This document shows positions 25,183 to 28,139 of a DNA stretch of 28,139 bases, piece by piece. Each line of letters opens with the position of its first letter. The stretch's first letter is position 1. A program made the position numbers and the translations under genes. Origin of the DNA: a virus (Duplodnaviria; Caudoviricetes). The notes under the pieces are model-generated. The model saw nothing but the letters and a program-made list of their open reading frames with translations. It made no database searches and had not been told where the DNA came from. Where the stretch lies: the IMG/VR virus record IMGVR_UViG_3300021121_000025, positions 1 through 28,139 of that record; one strand, written 5' to 3'.

Positions 25183-25688
25183 TGAAAGCAATTGTTGTTG
25201 AACTATTACTTTTGATTGTGACCGCAATTGGATGTACTTTTATTGGGCATCATTACGGCGAACAAGACGTACAAGCCAAATGGGATGCGCAAAAAATTGT
25301 GGATGCCGAAGCAACTGCCAAGGCGATTAAGGAATCCAATGATAAAGTTCGTGCAATTGAACAAGCGGCAAATTCAAGGGTTTACCAGGTTTCTGCCAAT
25401 TATGAAGCTAAATTAAGGAAGAAAGATAATGAAAAAACTACTTTTATTAATAAGTCTCGGACTGACGGCTTGTGGGTCGATGCCATCTGCCCCAAAATTT
25501 CTCCAAGCCAGTTGTCCAATGATTCCTCCTCCTCCGCAAGACCTGATGGTAGCTCAACCGTCAGACTTTCTAATGAAACTACCATCAACCTTATCAACTA
25601 CGCCGCCCATGCCAACCAAGTAGCAGAGCAGTTGAGGGGCTTACAAGAATACGTTAAAAAGATTCAGGAAATGCAAAATGCAAAATAA
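25182..25688 (+). CDS. i-spanin (Rz-like)
   Basis: N-terminal TM, periplasmic coiled coil, Cys, C-terminal QL.GLQEYV; contains a nested lipoprotein gene. Confidence 0.85.
   Translation: MKAIVVELLLLIVTAIGCTFIGHHYGEQDVQAKWDAQKIVDAEATAKAIKESNDKVRAIEQAANSRVYQVSANYEAKLRKKDNEKTTFINKSRTDGLWVDAICPKISPSQLSNDSSSSARPDGSSTVRLSNETTINLINYAAHANQVAEQLRGLQEYVKKIQEMQNAK
25429..25623 (+). CDS. o-spanin (Rz1-like lipoprotein), embedded in the i-spanin gene
   Basis: Lipobox MKKLLLLISLGLTA-C; Pro-rich CPMIPPPPQDLM; own SD TAAGGA. Confidence 0.85.
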   Translation: MKKLLLLISLGLTACGSMPSAPKFLQASCPMIPPPPQDLMVAQPSDFLMKLPSTLSTTPPMPTK

Positions 25689-26193
25689 CTTTGAATATTG
25701 TTTGAATAAACTTCTTGCCCCAAGCAGGGAAGGCGGCTTCGTAAATGACCCGCAAGACCCAGGTGGAATTACAAATCATGGCGTAACCATGAAAGTTTGG
25801 GAAGAATGGGTTGGCAGAACATCCAATGAAGAAGAAATGCGTAATCTGACGATTGATGATGTTGCGCCCCTTTATAAAGCCAGATATTGGGACGTTGTAG
25901 GCGGTGATGAACTTCCTGGGGGAGTAGATCACGTTGTGTTTGATTGTGCGGTTAACGGTGGCGTTAAACGTGCGGGAAGACTATTACAGGCTTGCATGGG
26001 CATGGAGCAGGACGGCGTAATTGGTCAGGAAACCATAATCGGTACTGAACAAGTCGAACCGCAAGATTTGATTAATGAATTCTCACAAAGACGTTTGCAG
26101 TATTTACAAGCATTACCCACTTTTGGTCATTTTGGCAAAGGTTGGACTAGGCGAGTTAATGAAGTGGAAGAAGAAGCTAAACAAATAGCATAA
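25678..26193 (+). CDS. endolysin, glycoside hydrolase family 108 with peptidoglycan-binding domain
   Basis: EGGFVNDPQDPGG.TN.GVT, YW....GD.LP.G.D..VFD.AVN.G, FGKGWTRRV. Confidence 0.92.
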   Translation: MQNNFEYCLNKLLAPSREGGFVNDPQDPGGITNHGVTMKVWEEWVGRTSNEEEMRNLTIDDVAPLYKARYWDVVGGDELPGGVDHVVFDCAVNGGVKRAGRLLQACMGMEQDGVIGQETIIGTEQVEPQDLINEFSQRRLQYLQALPTFGHFGKGWTRRVNEVEEEAKQIA

Positions 26194-26405
26194 TGACGGA
26201 TTTTTACGATAAAGCATCAGACGTAGAAGCGCAACATCGGGAAGATGCCCTGCAAAATGTATTGCGGCGCAAAAAACCAGAATTTACTGGCTATTGTTGC
26301 GTTTGTAATGATGTTTCAATGCCTAATAGTCGGTTTTGCTCACCAGATTGCAGGGAACAAGAGGAATTAATGGCAAAAATAAAACGAATTAATGGCAAAT
26401 TATAA
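26193..26405 (+). CDS. DksA/TraR-like C4 zinc-finger protein
   Basis: D..D.AS..E...RE.AL followed by C..C and C...C. Confidence 0.65.
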   Translation: MTDFYDKASDVEAQHREDALQNVLRRKKPEFTGYCCVCNDVSMPNSRFCSPDCREQEELMAKIKRINGKL

Positions 26406-26429
26406 GTATTATTTGCTTTTTACTAAGTA

Positions 26430-26657
26430 TTATCTGACCCGAACGACCTTATTTTTCTTTAATAATGCTTCGTATTCTTGTTTTCCAATGTCATCCAACT
26501 TGCGCATGGGCAATTCTTGGTAATATTTAAACTTATCCTGGTATTCTTTTAACTCGCTTGGTGCTTGCCAACCATGTATGATTTTCCATCTTTCGGTAAT
26601 GCAAGTTCCAACTGGCGTATAGATGTAATCATTTTTTTTAATTGTGACCATCTTCAT
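26430..26657 (-). CDS. hypothetical protein, last gene of the leftward early arm
   Basis: SD AGGAGG before ATG at 26657/26651; YIYTPVGTCITERWK pattern. Confidence 0.65.
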   Translation of the reverse strand: MKMVTIKKNDYIYTPVGTCITERWKIIHGWQAPSELKEYQDKFKYYQELPMRKLDDIGKQEYEALLKKNKVVRVR

Positions 26658-26763
26658 CCCTCCTGGTAAATTTCTCCAATGATAAGGCAAATATGGCAAC
26701 AATCGCCAAAGTGACTGCGCCCCCAAATGCTAAGAATAAAAACAAATCAATTATTTCGTCCAT
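26638..26763 (-). CDS. small single-TM peptide (41 aa)
   Basis: Manual translation MDEIIDLFLFLAFGGAVTLAIVAIFALSLEKFTRRDEDGHN; SD GGAG. Confidence 0.6.
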   Translation of the reverse strand: MDEIIDLFLFLAFGGAVTLAIVAIFALSLEKFTRRDEDGHN

Positions 26764-27022
26764 CTAATATCTCCGCTAAATCTAAAAGAATCCCTCTGAT
26801 TTCATCAGGCACAACAATAGCTTCCGTTGAGGAAATATTTGACCTTCCCGAACTTTGTCCAATATTTGATTGGCTTGCTTTTTGGTAATTTGTAATTCTT
26901 TTTTTGAGAGTTGTAAGTTCATTAAGTCGATATTTATTCTCTGAATAATATTTGCTTCTAAATTCTCCATGAAGTTCTTTTCTTCTATCTTGAATGATTC
27001 GTAATACATCATTAATATCCAT
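26747..27022 (-). CDS. hypothetical protein
   Basis: SD AAGGA inside the upstream LKEKN box; coupled to the downstream peptide gene. Confidence 0.6.
   Translation of the reverse strand: MDINDVLRIIQDRRKELHGEFRSKYYSENKYRLNELTTLKKRITNYQKASQSNIGQSSGRSNISSTEAIVVPDEIRGILLDLAEILDGRNN
26782..27012 (-). CDS. nested alternative-frame ORF (76 aa)
   Basis: TAATG coupling to the upstream stop; protein-like segment TKKQANQILDKVREGQ. Confidence 0.35.
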   Translation of the reverse strand: MMYYESFKIEEKNFMENLEANIIQRINIDLMNLQLSKKELQITKKQANQILDKVREGQIFPQRKLLLCLMKSEGFF

Positions 27023-27251
27023 TCTTTTCCTTTAATTTAGCTTCTATTGCTTTAAAGTATGGCTCAGAATTTTTAGAGTTAATAATTATTTCATCAATAT
27101 CTTCTTTAGTTAACCCTACCCATTCTTTGATTGGTGATACGGTGTTTAGGCAAACTTTATGAAGATTTTGCCATTCGTTGATTTCGCTAGTCCATCTACT
27201 AATCAAAGATGATCCACACTTGCAAACGACTTTTGTAGGCTCCCAACTCAT
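27012..27251 (-). CDS. modular small protein (Cys/His-containing insert plus KEWVGLT...LKEKN)
   Basis: True start ATG at 27251 (ATGA overlap); contains the shared boxes. Confidence 0.75.
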   Translation of the reverse strand: MSWEPTKVVCKCGSSLISRWTSEINEWQNLHKVCLNTVSPIKEWVGLTKEDIDEIIINSKNSEPYFKAIEAKLKEKNGY

Positions 27252-27682
27252 GTGTTGCGTTCCTTCAATAATTTCTCTACCCACTCTGCAACTCGGTGAG
27301 GATCGTTTGATTTCAATGGATTGAAGTCGTTCCAGTCAGCACCGTTCAGTCCTACCCATTCTTTAGTTTGTGGTGTGGTGTAGAGAGGCACTCCAGCAGA
27401 CCCGTCTGTAACTTCTCGCCAAATGCCATCGGTAAACTTTGCAAACTTACCCACAGGCTCATCCTGCTCTTGCTTTTGTTGTAATGATAATTTTGGTTTA
27501 ATGTAATAATATTTCCAACCAGCAGGAATTTCTACGCCTCGACCAACACCATCCACTACTTCGTATTCCTTCTCTTGCTTTAATGCTTCTTCAAGGGCTT
27601 TGATGGCCTCAACAATGTTAGGCCAACGCAACCCGCTTTCATTTAAAGCATCAAGTGCTTGTTTCATTACTTCTTTAGTCAT
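27248..27682 (-). CDS. modular small protein (MTKEV...QEQDEP...KEWVGL...LKERNT)
   Basis: 144 aa, carries all four shared boxes. Confidence 0.8.
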   Translation of the reverse strand: MTKEVMKQALDALNESGLRWPNIVEAIKALEEALKQEKEYEVVDGVGRGVEIPAGWKYYYIKPKLSLQQKQEQDEPVGKFAKFTDGIWREVTDGSAGVPLYTTPQTKEWVGLNGADWNDFNPLKSNDPHRVAEWVEKLLKERNT

Positions 27683-27927
27683 TTTTCAACTCCGAAATGT
27701 TCTGCTAGTCTGTTTCGATAGTAATATGCCGTTTGTCGTACTTCTCTGCTCTCAGAAATAACATAGATACATTCTTTAACAATCAACTCAACAAAATATT
27801 CTAATTCTTCTGGATAAAATTCGTAATAGTCTTCTATAGTACTCTCACCATCAAGACCAAATCTCTCATGACTCAAATAGGTTTTAGCAAGTTCTTTAAT
27901 TCGTTTGTTCATTACTTCTTTAGTCAT
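27679..27927 (-). CDS. MTKEV-family small protein
   Basis: First 20 nt identical to the next gene; NKRIKELA ... ELIVKECI ... EHFGVE. Confidence 0.75.
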   Translation of the reverse strand: MTKEVMNKRIKELAKTYLSHERFGLDGESTIEDYYEFYPEELEYFVELIVKECIYVISESREVRQTAYYYRNRLAEHFGVEK

Positions 27928-28109
27928 AGGTTTTCACACAAAGTTTTAGCCAAAGCCATCATCGCTTTTTTAAAATCTTCGTCAGTTTCTATTTTGCGCA
28001 ATTCCCAAAACAAAGTTCCATCTGGTTCAATCCGAAAAACTTCTTTTCCAAACTCGCTTGTAATTTTGAAATAGTGTTCTTCTTGTAATTTAAGTGGTTC
28101 AAGCATCAT
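27924..28109 (-). CDS. hypothetical protein
   Basis: SD AAGGA; 61 aa; ATGA overlap. Confidence 0.65.
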   Translation of the reverse strand: MMLEPLKLQEEHYFKITSEFGKEVFRIEPDGTLFWELRKIETDEDFKKAMMALAKTLCENL

Positions 28110-28139
28110 ATTCTTCCTTTATTTCTGTTAGTTTTTCAA

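Noticed and set aside
24193-25416. Alternative-frame + strand ORFs 24193-24510 and 25228-25416
   Set aside because: No SD or recognisable features, unlike the nested o-spanin at 25429.
9871-25932. Numerous - strand ORFs of 60-144 aa within late genes
   Set aside because: They lie antisense to terminase, portal, coat, fibre and lysis genes and are explained by codon bias.
26403-26433. TAAGTATTAT direct repeat at the convergent gene junction as an att/dif site
   Set aside because: A 10-nt AT-rich repeat, no match to the XerD arm, and no integrase in the window.

Overview
The window looks like a probably complete, circular 28.1-kb genome of a dsDNA phage of a Gram-negative host, with lambdoid early genes and a P22-like head. 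A divergent control region (cro-like gene, twin GTAAG-N6-CTTAC operators, 2616-2916) drives two early arms. The leftward arm carries a DUF1376 initiator with internal iterons, a nuclease, NinB and small modular genes, and appears to continue across the window ends to about 26430. The rightward arm carries ERF, YqaJ, an SSB-like protein and small genes. The late region runs GroES, ParB-N plus an ABC-ATPase/GNAT fusion, terS/terL, an ART-like protein, P22-type portal, scaffold and coat, small structural genes, a modular fibre cluster with an HNH insertion, and a lysis cassette (holin, nested spanins, GH108 endolysin). I recognised no integrase, CI repressor, polymerase, tRNA or CRISPR array. The most notable observations are: (1) small early genes built from shared 14-22-nt boxes with variable inserts, present in inverted orientation on both early arms; (2) no recognisable adaptor, tail-hub or ejection module, with a likely scar near 23460-23520; (3) a lysis-region gene with an apparent AUC start and a -1 frameshift that adds a TM domain; (4) a ParB/ABC-GNAT putative DNA-modification locus; (5) an HNH insertion with a synonymously recoded duplicate of its target gene start. 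All family assignments come from motif recognition by eye, not database searches.
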